Shown: positions 8,945 through 18,779 of the stretch, piece after piece | How the letters are laid out: every line of letters begins with the position of its first letter | Numbering within the stretch: the stretch's first letter is position 1 | DNA from: a virus | Taxonomy: Duplodnaviria; Caudoviricetes | DNA: 61,704 bases | IMG/VR virus record: IMGVR_UViG_3300028840_000575 | Location: 1 to 61,704 of that record | Strand: one strand, 5' to 3' | Translations under genes and position numbers: made by a program | The notes under the pieces: model-generated | What the model saw: only the letters and a program-made list of their open reading frames with translations | Databases searched by the model: none | Told to the model about the DNA's origin: nothing

Positions 8945-11146
8945 ATGAATAATGAAATAACACCAATAAAGACAAGCCAATTAACTGCTAAAGATATGGT
9001 TGGATATGATGTTATTCAAACCGAGCAAAAAGAAGTTGTTGAGGTGACAACAAAAGAAGTAGAAACTGGAATTGAGAAAGTCCGTCCCGAAAATCCTGAA
9101 ATAAATATTAGATCGCTTCCAATTCTTGAGGCTCTTAGTAAAGCAACTTCTAGATTAATCAAACCATTAAGACTAAGATCTAATGATCGTCTAGAATTAA
9201 GACTGAATGATGATGGTGAGAGATTTGTTGCTAGAGTATTTGCAGTTAGAGCATCCGCACCTGTAAGTGACGGAAAGATCCAAACTAATGAAGAATATTT
9301 TGGACCGGCAAGTTACCATGCAAGGGAATTCTTTGATCGTATTCCCGAGCATCAATGGTTTGGAAGCGAAAGATGTGTTCTAGCAGGTACAGATATGACA
9401 GCTTTGGTCATCTACAACAGTTGGCCAGAAAATCAAATAATCTTCAAAGATGAAGAATCTAGAATACTGTATGAATTTCTTATTGCTCGTTTCATGGTGC
9501 AAACTAAGAATGCAGTGGATCAGGCGAAATTCAAAATCAATAGAGAAGTTCCTCCACTTCCTGAAGATTTTGTTGAGCATCCTGATCCCAACCTTAAACT
9601 TGCAGATTATCAGTTAGCTGCTCTGGCAATCACTTTATCCACTGATGAATATTGTCTATGGTTTAAACAAGGTCTGGGAAAAACTCCAGTCGCTATTCAT
9701 AAGATGGTAACAGAAGCAAAACGCGTCCGTAGAAAAGAAAATCGTATGATGCGTTGCTTAATTGTTTGTCCAAAGCAATTAAGAAAGAATTGGGAATTAG
9801 AAATTGGCCGTTTCACAACTGTTCCTGGAAAAGTGGTACAGTTACGAGGTGGTGAAATTAAAAGAACACAGAAGCTCATTGATGTTGTAAGAGATGAAGA
9901 CGATTGTGTTTTCTCTGCTGCAATCAGTAGTTATGAATCAGTAGTGCTGACCTGGAAAGGATTGTCTCAAATTCCGTGGGATCTTGTGATTATTGATGAA
10001 GCACAATTTATAAAGAATCCAAATTCCAGACGTTCAAAAGCCTGTGTCAAGAAATTAAAGCACAACGCAAGGCAGAAACTTGAGCTTACAGGTACGCCTT
10101 ATGGAAATCATCAATTGGACCTGTTTCCTCAGTTCGAATTTCTTGGTGATGGGATGAGTGGATTTTTAAGTGCTAAGAAATTTAAATCTTTCCATAGCAA
10201 GAATGTCAAGGATGCACCTTGGGAAGATACGTTAGAACAATCTGACATACCTTTATTAAAAGAAAGAATTGCAAGAGTTGCTTTTACACTTACAAAAGAT
10301 GAAGCTGGTGTTAAACTTCCTGATAAGGTACGTGATATCTATGAAGTGACTTTTACTCCGCAACAGGCAAAACTATATAAGAGAATACAAAATGAGCTTA
10401 AGATTGAAATTAATGACACAATTACAGGTGAGATCAAAGAAATAACTGCTGAGCACATTCTTACTAAACTTCTTCGTCTCGCACAAGTTACTTCTGGTCA
10501 TATAAAATATAATGAAGTATGGGATGAAGAAGGAAATCTTGTCAGTGAAAGTAGTCTTGAGCAAATTGAAGGTGGAAATCCTAAAGTCGATGCAACAGTA
10601 GAATTGATAAAACAAAATATGGAATCTGATCCTAAAGGAAAAACTGTTGTATGGGCAATCTTCGACGAAGATATTCGTGCTGTCTCAGAAAGACTCCATA
10701 AGGAGGGTATCAAGCATACAGGCTATAAAAAGCAAATTGTGAAAGAATATCGTGAAAGTGGTGCGGATGAATCTGAAATTATCTTTAATACTGTTGAAGA
10801 TTGTAAAGTATTCATCGGTCATCCTGCAAGTGGTGGAACTGGTCTTAATTTAGTTGGTTGGAATTATCGTGATCCAGAAAATTCACCTGACACTTATTGC
10901 AATAGAGAAATATTCTTTAGTAAAAACTGGAGCATGCTACAAAGATCACAGGCTGAAGATCGTTGTGCTGAGCGTCGCAGTTCAAAATGTAATGTACGTA
11001 TCACTGACTTGCAGGTTCCAGACACAATCGATGATACCTTGCTGTCTGTTGTATTTGGTAAAATGAAAGCAAGTGATGATCTAAAAGACCTTAAACCTAT
11101 TTTGTCTAAGGTACTGGACACTGAAGCATTAATTGAGGAAGACTAA
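8945..11146 (+). CDS. SNF2-family (SF2) helicase/ATPase
   Basis: QGLGKT, LIVCPK, IIDEAQ, LTGTP, LLRLAQ, SGGTGLNL, QAEDR. Confidence 0.9.
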   Translation: MNNEITPIKTSQLTAKDMVGYDVIQTEQKEVVEVTTKEVETGIEKVRPENPEINIRSLPILEALSKATSRLIKPLRLRSNDRLELRLNDDGERFVARVFAVRASAPVSDGKIQTNEEYFGPASYHAREFFDRIPEHQWFGSERCVLAGTDMTALVIYNSWPENQIIFKDEESRILYEFLIARFMVQTKNAVDQAKFKINREVPPLPEDFVEHPDPNLKLADYQLAALAITLSTDEYCLWFKQGLGKTPVAIHKMVTEAKRVRRKENRMMRCLIVCPKQLRKNWELEIGRFTTVPGKVVQLRGGEIKRTQKLIDVVRDEDDCVFSAAISSYESVVLTWKGLSQIPWDLVIIDEAQFIKNPNSRRSKACVKKLKHNARQKLELTGTPYGNHQLDLFPQFEFLGDGMSGFLSAKKFKSFHSKNVKDAPWEDTLEQSDIPLLKERIARVAFTLTKDEAGVKLPDKVRDIYEVTFTPQQAKLYKRIQNELKIEINDTITGEIKEITAEHILTKLLRLAQVTSGHIKYNEVWDEEGNLVSESSLEQIEGGNPKVDATVELIKQNMESDPKGKTVVWAIFDEDIRAVSERLHKEGIKHTGYKKQIVKEYRESGADESEIIFNTVEDCKVFIGHPASGGTGLNLVGWNYRDPENSPDTYCNREIFFSKNWSMLQRSQAEDRCAERRSSKCNVRITDLQVPDTIDDTLLSVVFGKMKASDDLKDLKPILSKVLDTEALIEED

Positions 11147-11373
11147 TGAGACCAGAAATTAAAGCTGCAATAGACAGATATGCTAAAGAAAGAATTCCTA
11201 CTGGTGATTTTCTAAGAGCAGTATTAGAAAATGATTTATTTGAAGCAATAGGAAGAGCAGATTTGGGAAATCGTATGGATATTCATGAAATTTGTTCTTA
11301 TATTTATAACAATATTCCTTTAAACAGTTGGGGCTCAAAGAAAATTGTCAAGGAATGGTTAGGAGAAAAATAA
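11146..11373 (+). CDS. Small conserved phage hypothetical protein
   Basis: GDFLRAVLENDLFEAIGRAD...SWGS; translationally coupled on both sides. Confidence 0.65.
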   Translation: MRPEIKAAIDRYAKERIPTGDFLRAVLENDLFEAIGRADLGNRMDIHEICSYIYNNIPLNSWGSKKIVKEWLGEK

Positions 11374-12194
11374 TGACTTTGCCTAAAATTAAAGAATGGA
11401 ATTCTGAAAAACATACCAATATCAACTATGTTCAAGAAAAGAAAGATGGATACATGGTTGAAATTATTAAGTTTATTGATGGCGGATATGCTATAAGAGG
11501 GAAGCGTCAAGATTATACAGAAAAGATGTTAGCTATTCCACAATTTGAGCATATAAGAAACATGCCTAATGGGACTTGTGTCTTAGGTGAATTATATGCA
11601 GAGGGTGGTCAGGCAACAGATGTGATAACAGCATTGAATGAAAAATGGGAAAGTCTGAGATATTGTGCCTTTGCAATGCCTGAATGGAAAGGTCTAGACA
11701 TTACTGAACGGAAAAGTTTAGAATTGATTAACGTTCAGTTGGAAGAAATGGGATTTGAAACTCCATGGACTGGTCTATTCGATGATTCCACTGAAGAATA
11801 TTTATTACTGTTAATCGAATATAAGAAGTGGGAAGGTGTTGTTCTTAAAGAATCTCATATGTCTGGATGGTATAAATTCAAACCTGTTAAAACTGTAGAT
11901 GTAGTTGTCACAGGATGGGAGATGAGCTATAATGGAATGTTCTATGGTGAAATGGGAGCTCTAAGAGTTTCTGTCTATACAGAGGATGGTCAGCTTAAAG
12001 AGATTGCTAAAGTTGGAGGTGGATTTACACCTGAACAACGAAAACAATTCACAAGAGAATACACTGTTGGCAGAGTTATTGAAGTTGCTTATCAAGATCT
12101 CCAATCAAAGGGAAGACTTAAATTTCCACGATTTATTCGTTTTCGGGATGACAAAGAAATGAGTGAATGTACAGAGGATCAATTACATGCCTAA
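11373..12194 (+). CDS. ATP-dependent DNA ligase (minimal)
   Basis: QEKKDG, GEL, EGVVLK, WYKFKP, KVGGGF, LKFPRFIRFRDDK; AGGAG RBS. Confidence 0.9.
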   Translation: MTLPKIKEWNSEKHTNINYVQEKKDGYMVEIIKFIDGGYAIRGKRQDYTEKMLAIPQFEHIRNMPNGTCVLGELYAEGGQATDVITALNEKWESLRYCAFAMPEWKGLDITERKSLELINVQLEEMGFETPWTGLFDDSTEEYLLLLIEYKKWEGVVLKESHMSGWYKFKPVKTVDVVVTGWEMSYNGMFYGEMGALRVSVYTEDGQLKEIAKVGGGFTPEQRKQFTREYTVGRVIEVAYQDLQSKGRLKFPRFIRFRDDKEMSECTEDQLHA

Positions 12195-12622
12195 TCAAGA
12201 ACAATTCGTAGATAGTACAGGACAATATTACGTTCGAGTCGGAGATAAGGTTGGATCTTCCAAGACCGGAGAAGTGGCTAAAGTCATACAGATGTCCCAT
12301 GGATATATTGTTTTGCAGCCGATTGGATCAATGGAATCTTATGTATTGACCAAATTTGAATTTGAGGAGATGTCAAATTGGACCCTGATCTTATCTTGAT
12401 AGAGTATATCTGCAATGAATGTAATGTAGAAAGTTGTAAGGAAATACCTATAGATCTATTTAATTCATTTCCTATTGGTGAACTTGATTTATTTTTTCCT
12501 TGCAATAATTGCGGAGAACTGGTATATATAGATAGGCAAATAGTTATTGAAATACAGACGTATACAGATGGTCTACACTATGTCTATAGTAGTCCTTGGT
12601 CTTATATATCATTGAATTAATT

Positions 12623-13054
12623 ATGCAAACATTTTTACCATATGAAGATTTTCAAAAGTCTGCAAGTGTCTTAGATTATCGTAGACTTGGGAAACAAAGA
12701 GTTGAAGTTAAACAAATACTCTTAGCTAATTTCCAAGGACCAATTAAAGGAGATAGAAAGACTCCGTGGTACAATCATCCAGCTTGCAGAATGTGGAGAG
12801 GATATGAAGGAGCTCTAATAGCTTATGGAATTGCGATATGTGAGGAATGGTCTAATCGTGGATATGTTGACAATATTTATTCAGAACTATATGAAATGAC
12901 TAATAGAAAATTAAATTATGACGGTCCTCCATGGCTTGGCAGAAAAGATTTTCATGATTCACATAAAAGTAATTTACTTTATAAACAATATTCACATTAT
13001 AAACAATTTAATTGGAATGTTCCATTGAATTTACCTTATGTCTGGCCAGTGTAA
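12623..13054 (+). CDS. Pyrimidine-dimer DNA glycosylase-like protein (MSMEG_6728 family)
   Basis: MQTFLPY, RLGKQRVE, NHPACRMWRGY, PPWLG, SHKSNLL, YVWPV. Confidence 0.85.
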   Translation: MQTFLPYEDFQKSASVLDYRRLGKQRVEVKQILLANFQGPIKGDRKTPWYNHPACRMWRGYEGALIAYGIAICEEWSNRGYVDNIYSELYEMTNRKLNYDGPPWLGRKDFHDSHKSNLLYKQYSHYKQFNWNVPLNLPYVWPV

Positions 13055-13064
13055 AGGATGAATT

Positions 13065-13940
13065 ATGGCTAAACAACATTTTGAACCAGGATCTTCTACC
13101 GTTGAAGGATTTTTTAATTTTATGCGTGAACGGCATAGAATCTATCTTAAAAGATTCACAATGGATCAACCAAAACCATGGACCGATGATCCCATTTTCC
13201 AACAATGGAAATTTACAAATGTGTTTCGGCAATTGGATCATGGGACTAGAGTCCTTCACATGGCTTTAAGGCATGAAAGAGATTTTACAAAGATAGTTTG
13301 GAACGTTTGGTGGTATCGCCTTTTCAATTGGCATGAGCACATGACCGATTTTGGTGTATTAGAGCATTCTACAAAAGACTACAGCAAGCTGATCAATGGT
13401 TTAAAAGCTAAGGCATATAGAGGTGATAAAGTTTTTACCTCAGCCCATATGACAACTGGTGTTTTTGCGGAAGATAAAGTAGATACATATATAAGAGCAG
13501 TGAAACATGCTGCAGATTATGCACCATATATCGCAGATATAGCTCTGTCTACTCAATCTATGGAACGTGTGTTTGAAGAACTTCTTGAATTCTATATGAT
13601 TGGTAAATTTGTGAGTTATGAAATTGTCTGTGATCTTAGGTTCTTTCATGGATTTGAACCAACAGATGCTATGACATGGGCGAACATTGGTCCAGGTGCT
13701 AAACGAGGTCTAAGAAGATTAGGAAAATCTGTTGATTTAGATAATATGATTGCCCTTATGAATCAGTTCGCTGATGAAGAAGCTGAGAATATTGATGGGC
13801 CATTCTATCCTCACATGTTTTGCAGCATGTATCCACCATTTGAGCTTAGAGAAATTGAACATAGTTTATGTGAATTCGATAAATATGAACGTATTCGTTT
13901 AGGACAAGGTAGACCAAGACAGAAATACAAAGGTATATAA
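13065..13940 (+). CDS. aGPT-Pplase clade 1 / 5-hmdU DNA kinase helical-domain protein (base hypermodification)
   Basis: ERHRIY...PKPWTDDPIFQQWKFTNVFRQLD, YRLFN, YEIVCDL, IGPGAKRGL, REIEHSLCEFDKY. Confidence 0.8.
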   Translation: MAKQHFEPGSSTVEGFFNFMRERHRIYLKRFTMDQPKPWTDDPIFQQWKFTNVFRQLDHGTRVLHMALRHERDFTKIVWNVWWYRLFNWHEHMTDFGVLEHSTKDYSKLINGLKAKAYRGDKVFTSAHMTTGVFAEDKVDTYIRAVKHAADYAPYIADIALSTQSMERVFEELLEFYMIGKFVSYEIVCDLRFFHGFEPTDAMTWANIGPGAKRGLRRLGKSVDLDNMIALMNQFADEEAENIDGPFYPHMFCSMYPPFELREIEHSLCEFDKYERIRLGQGRPRQKYKGI

Positions 13941-13941
13941 T

Positions 13942-14823
13942 ATGCTATTCGTTGATACATCAATGGTGATCCATCGTGCATTGCACAAATTAGATTTCTT
14001 AAAGAATTCTAAAGGAGTGCATACCGGAATGGAATTTGGGACTTTCAAAATTCTTGAGAGTTTAGAAAAGAAATTCCCAAATGAAATAATAATTCTATGC
14101 TTTGATAAGGGTATTTCTAAACGCAAGAAGATTGATCCTAATTACAAAGCTAATAGATCTAAGAGATCTGATGAATTTATAGAGCGTTCAGAAAGACTGC
14201 AAGAAGTTCTCTCTGTCTTGTATAGAACAGCTTATGCTTACGGTGAAGAGGCAGATGAACTCATATATAGCTTAGCAAATCAATATACAGGCCCTCATTA
14301 TATTTATAGCAATGATGATGATTTGTTACAAGCTGTCAATGATGAATATGAGATACAGGTAGTAAAGTCATTCCAATCTAAACTATATTATTGGGATGAA
14401 GCTAAAATAAGGGAAAAGTATTATGTTGGCCCTGCATTGTTACCAATGTTTAGAGCATTCATTGGTGATAGCAGTGATAATATAAAAGGTATCCCAAGAA
14501 TCAACAGAAAACTACTTGCAGAAGCTTTGACTCATGCACTAGATAAGTGGAGCGGTGAAAGCATATTTGATTTCTTAGAAATATTTATGACTGAAAATCT
14601 ATTCAGTGATAATATGAAATTAAAAGTCAGACACTTTGTAGAAGATGGTAATTTTCTGACTAACTATAGACTAATAAAATTGATGTCTATCCCTACAACT
14701 GTGAATAAGCCAGAAGGCGAATTACAAATAGTTGAAAATTTTCTGAAGGAGAAGGAAATTTATAGTCTAGGTATTTGTGAAAAATTAGGTATGAAGAATA
14801 TACAGGATGGAGATGAATTCTAA
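13942..14823 (+). CDS. 5'-3' exonuclease / flap endonuclease
   Basis: FVD, CFD, YKANR, EADE, SNDDDLLQ, GDSSDNIKGIPRI. Confidence 0.9.
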   Translation: MLFVDTSMVIHRALHKLDFLKNSKGVHTGMEFGTFKILESLEKKFPNEIIILCFDKGISKRKKIDPNYKANRSKRSDEFIERSERLQEVLSVLYRTAYAYGEEADELIYSLANQYTGPHYIYSNDDDLLQAVNDEYEIQVVKSFQSKLYYWDEAKIREKYYVGPALLPMFRAFIGDSSDNIKGIPRINRKLLAEALTHALDKWSGESIFDFLEIFMTENLFSDNMKLKVRHFVEDGNFLTNYRLIKLMSIPTTVNKPEGELQIVENFLKEKEIYSLGICEKLGMKNIQDGDEF

Positions 14824-15395
14824 TGGAAGTATCAAAAGATTTTGGACCATTGCAGCAACATGCAAATAGATCTAATCACTGTAGCACATCTTTACAATTT
14901 ATATTAAATAAATTTAAAGTTATCAAATCCTTTATTGATATCGGTTGCGGTCTTGGCGAACAAGTCCGTATTGCTAAGGAACTCGGTCTTATTGCATATG
15001 GTATCGATGGTGATCCTTCATTAAAGATATATGATGATGAAATATTTATCCAGCATGATTTTACAACTGAGCCGTTTTTATCAGGTGACTACATCTATGA
15101 TCTTGGATGGACTGTTGAATTTGTTGAGCATGTCGAAGAAAAATATATAGATAATTATATGCCCCAATTAAGTTATTGCAATAGAGTCCTTATGACTTAT
15201 GCACCTCCAGGACAGAATGGAAGGCATCATGTCAATTGTCAACCACAAAGTTATTGGATCAATATATTTGATAATTGGGGATTCGAACTTGATATCGAAA
15301 CGAGCTATGAAGTTAGAATGGCTTCCATTAATAAATGGATTAGAAATAAAGCACTATTCTTCACAAATCGGAGACTTAAAGCATTATGCGAATAG
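14823..15395 (+). CDS. Class I SAM-dependent methyltransferase
   Basis: IDIGCGLG, GIDG, EFVEHV, PGQNGRHHVNCQ..YW. Confidence 0.85.
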   Translation: MEVSKDFGPLQQHANRSNHCSTSLQFILNKFKVIKSFIDIGCGLGEQVRIAKELGLIAYGIDGDPSLKIYDDEIFIQHDFTTEPFLSGDYIYDLGWTVEFVEHVEEKYIDNYMPQLSYCNRVLMTYAPPGQNGRHHVNCQPQSYWINIFDNWGFELDIETSYEVRMASINKWIRNKALFFTNRRLKALCE

Positions 15396-16675
15396 GACTT
15401 ATCTATCTACCACATCCTTATCTTAATCAACCTGATGCACAAGCACCGATTGGACTCCTCTATATTGCAGCTTATATAAGAGAATCATTACCTAATTATG
15501 ATGTGAAGATATTTAATCTTTCTTCTTTCGGTACATTTTCTGGTGCTATAGATTCTTTACCTGAATGTGACCTATATGGAATCACAGTCACAAGTCTAGA
15601 ATTACTGCAAGCAAATAGATTTGCAAAACAATTGAAGGAAACTTATCCTAAGTGCAAAATAATTCTAGGTGGACCAGGAACACTGACTGAAGGATATGTT
15701 GATTGGTATTATATAGATTCCATTTGTAAAGGTGAAGTAGAAAATGGGCTCGTTAAGATACTTTCTGATTTTGAAAATAATAAATATCAAGATATCTATG
15801 AATTTGAATCTCCTCAAAATTTAGATATTCTGCCTTTTCCTGCAAGGGATATGCTTGGATCTAATCAAGGTGGTAACATATTCGCATTTAATAAGAAGTA
15901 TCACGGAATTAAAAGTACGATTATCCTATCGAGTAGAGGATGTCCATTTAAATGTCCATTCTGTAGCTCTATGTTCGTGTCTGGAAAATTAAGATATCGT
16001 TCACCTGAAAGTGTATACGAAGAGATCAAAGAAGTAAAAGAAAGATATGGGATACATCAGTTTAGATTTTCAGATGATATGTTCACTGCGAATTTAGAAC
16101 GAACATATAAGATCTGTGATTTAATACGTCCATTGAATTTAGCCTGGAGGATATCAACAAGAGTCAAACCATGGAACAAAGAACTGGCAGAGGCTTTATT
16201 CAGTGCAGGCTGCAAGGAAGTATCCTTTGGTGTTGAGAGTTTTGATGACCACGTATTAAAGGTATTAGATAAACGAACAACAGCAAAAGATAACGTGAAT
16301 GCTATTCGTATTGCGAAAGAAGCTGGTATGACCGTACGAATACTGTTTATGATTAAAACTCCTGGACAAACAGAAGATACAGTAGATCTAAATATCTCTT
16401 ATCTTGAGGGTATTAAAGATGATTATGATATCATAGCTTGCACAACTTTTATTCCTATTCCTGGGTGCTCTATTTGGGAGAATCCTAATAGATATGGTGT
16501 TGAAATCATTGATACTAATTTAGATAACTACAATTTCTATTTTTATGGATCAAGTGGTGAAAATAAAATTAAAGATGTTATACGATTGTATAACCGTGAT
16601 CCAGAAAAAGTTAATAAAGAAAGTCAACGTTTCCGTAATTATTTAAAAGAAACTGGAAAACTTAATCGAGGGTGA
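15386..16675 (+). CDS. B12-binding radical SAM enzyme (class B methyltransferase-like)
   Basis: APIGLLYIAA, ILGGP (B12 domain); SSRGCPFKCPFC; DDMF; FGVES. Confidence 0.9.
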   Translation: MRIGLIYLPHPYLNQPDAQAPIGLLYIAAYIRESLPNYDVKIFNLSSFGTFSGAIDSLPECDLYGITVTSLELLQANRFAKQLKETYPKCKIILGGPGTLTEGYVDWYYIDSICKGEVENGLVKILSDFENNKYQDIYEFESPQNLDILPFPARDMLGSNQGGNIFAFNKKYHGIKSTIILSSRGCPFKCPFCSSMFVSGKLRYRSPESVYEEIKEVKERYGIHQFRFSDDMFTANLERTYKICDLIRPLNLAWRISTRVKPWNKELAEALFSAGCKEVSFGVESFDDHVLKVLDKRTTAKDNVNAIRIAKEAGMTVRILFMIKTPGQTEDTVDLNISYLEGIKDDYDIIACTTFIPIPGCSIWENPNRYGVEIIDTNLDNYNFYFYGSSGENKIKDVIRLYNRDPEKVNKESQRFRNYLKETGKLNRG

Positions 16676-16679
16676 AGAA

Positions 16680-16880
16680 ATGTCTATAACTAATTTTCAA
16701 GAACTCTATAATGATATCCTTAATCAGATACGGAAAGAAAAAGGATTTGTTCAACTTGCAAAAGAGACTAATGGAGAAAATGATAGAGGCTATATACAGC
16801 ACAAGGCAAAATTGGATACCTTGAATAATATCGCCTTTAAACTCATTAATGAATGTGGTTGCACTGCGGAGGAAAACTAA
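16680..16880 (+). CDS. Small hypothetical protein
   Basis: 66 aa, coupled within the operon. Confidence 0.5.
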   Translation: MSITNFQELYNDILNQIRKEKGFVQLAKETNGENDRGYIQHKAKLDTLNNIAFKLINECGCTAEEN

Positions 16881-17827
16881 TGAAAAGTTATATTGTCCAT
16901 CTTACGAAATGTGTAAAAGGATCAACAGTTGCGAGCTCAAGGATCGCTTTGTATTTATCAGATCTTCTTAAACTCCCTTTACTCCATGAACCTGAAGATT
17001 TTATAGACTTAGATAAAGAAGTGGATACAATCTATCTAGTGAACAGCATGTCCGCATTCTCCAAAATCCTAAACGAACTTGCAGATTTGGCACGAGGATG
17101 TAGAAGAGTTGTGTTTATTCAGAACGATTATACGATCTATCCGCCAACACAACTAAGAAGAGTGTTTATTGAGCGAGATGATATAATCGTTGAGCGTTGG
17201 AGTACAGTACCTCAGCTTCCAGAAGAATGGGCAAAGAAAAAGATCTGGGTGAAAATCCCAATGAAGGCAACTCATTATGTGAATTGGAATATGCTGACAT
17301 ATGATCCTCTACCGTTGATTCCTAAAAATAAATGTGCAAGTGATACCAGTTGTCTTTTCTACTATGGGGCATATCGAAAAGATCGAGAACACCTTTTCAA
17401 AAAATACTTCGAGGATGCAATTTATCCTATTGAAATAAGTGCTTCATCAAAAGCATTTAGTAAATTCTTAGATCTAAATTATGAGATCGAAGAAGTCCCT
17501 GTACTCAAGAATCTAATAGGGAATATAGCTCATTATGGAACAACGATCTACTTGGAAGATGCTGAATCTAACGATATCTATTGCTCTCCTGCAAATAGAT
17601 TCTATGAATGTCTCAGTGCGGGTATAGCAATTTTATTTGATAAATCTTCTATTCCAACGATGTCTACTGCAGGATACAATATACGCCCATATGTTGTAGA
17701 CAGTCAAGAAGATGTCAAGAAAATGTTACCTAATTGGTTTAATATCTCTAAAGAGCAAAGCGAATGGAGATATGATTTTAGAAAAATTTTAAACTGTCAA
17801 ATAGAGAAGGCTTATCATCATGTCTGA
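16880..17827 (+). CDS. GT-B glycosyltransferase resembling T4 DNA beta-glucosyltransferase
   Basis: FYYGAYRKDRE, SPANRFYECLSAGIAILFD and YVVDSQED parallel the BGT C-terminal motifs (from memory YGGSFRSGQRE, TLRVWETMAS..MLID). Confidence 0.6.
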   Translation: MKSYIVHLTKCVKGSTVASSRIALYLSDLLKLPLLHEPEDFIDLDKEVDTIYLVNSMSAFSKILNELADLARGCRRVVFIQNDYTIYPPTQLRRVFIERDDIIVERWSTVPQLPEEWAKKKIWVKIPMKATHYVNWNMLTYDPLPLIPKNKCASDTSCLFYYGAYRKDREHLFKKYFEDAIYPIEISASSKAFSKFLDLNYEIEEVPVLKNLIGNIAHYGTTIYLEDAESNDIYCSPANRFYECLSAGIAILFDKSSIPTMSTAGYNIRPYVVDSQEDVKKMLPNWFNISKEQSEWRYDFRKILNCQIEKAYHHV

Positions 17828-18776
17828 TACTTATTGGCAAGATCCACCATTTTCACTAGGGTTTAATTTAACTCACGGATGTAATTTTCGTTGTCCTTTT
17901 TGTGGGATCAATGCGATAGATGTTTCTAAGATGGAGTACATGGATCTTAGAATTGTTGAGCATACATGTGAAATGATAAAGGAAGATGGGTGGAATTGTA
18001 GGATTGGTCTTGGAACTCATGGAGAACCATCCCTGCATCCAGACCTTTTAAAAGTGATTGATATAATCCGTACGATACTACCTAAACACCATATATCTAT
18101 GATCTCAAATGGTGCTGGTATAATACGTCGCAGCTTGTCCTATATAGATGAAATTATGACTGCTGGTGTTAACGTGCTTATGCTGGATGATTATGGCCAT
18201 AGCGACCTTGTGCGAAGGATTAAGGGCGGTTATACAGGCCATAACCAACTATATTATTACCCTACAGACCAACAAGCCAATCCCCACAAGCGTAGGAAGG
18301 TAACAGAGCACCATATAGTCATAGTTGAGAGCATAGACATAGCGAAGAAAGGCAATCATTCCAGGATCAATAATAGAGCAGGATGTGCATATGAAGGAAT
18401 TCCTAATATTAAAGAAGGCAGGAGATGTGCGAATCCATTTAGAGATTTCACTGTAAGATATAATGGAAACGTTCCTATTTGTTGTGTTGATTTCAGAGGA
18501 GTTATCAAATGCGGAAACGTGCTTGATGTGAACTCACTTGAAGAAATATGGAACGGTGAAGTATTTTCTGCAATAAGAAGATTTATGTATCATGGTATGC
18601 GATCTAAAGTTCATCCTTGCAGAATCTGTGATGCTGTTGGCTATAGATTAGGATTTCTACCTGATAAAAAGGGTTTAATGTATCTTCCTGAACCGAATGA
18701 ATTAGATGTGAAAGCCATTGCTAAAGGAACAGTCAATGGCCCTTGTGTCAAAATTAAAAAACTTCCATGGGAGTAA
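17820..18776 (+). CDS. Radical SAM enzyme with SPASM/twitch domain
   Basis: CNFRCPFC, GEPSLHP, SNG; CANPF...NGNVPICCVD..GNV...CRICD. Confidence 0.9.
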   Translation: MSDTYWQDPPFSLGFNLTHGCNFRCPFCGINAIDVSKMEYMDLRIVEHTCEMIKEDGWNCRIGLGTHGEPSLHPDLLKVIDIIRTILPKHHISMISNGAGIIRRSLSYIDEIMTAGVNVLMLDDYGHSDLVRRIKGGYTGHNQLYYYPTDQQANPHKRRKVTEHHIVIVESIDIAKKGNHSRINNRAGCAYEGIPNIKEGRRCANPFRDFTVRYNGNVPICCVDFRGVIKCGNVLDVNSLEEIWNGEVFSAIRRFMYHGMRSKVHPCRICDAVGYRLGFLPDKKGLMYLPEPNELDVKAIAKGTVNGPCVKIKKLPWE

Positions 18777-18779
18777 GAA

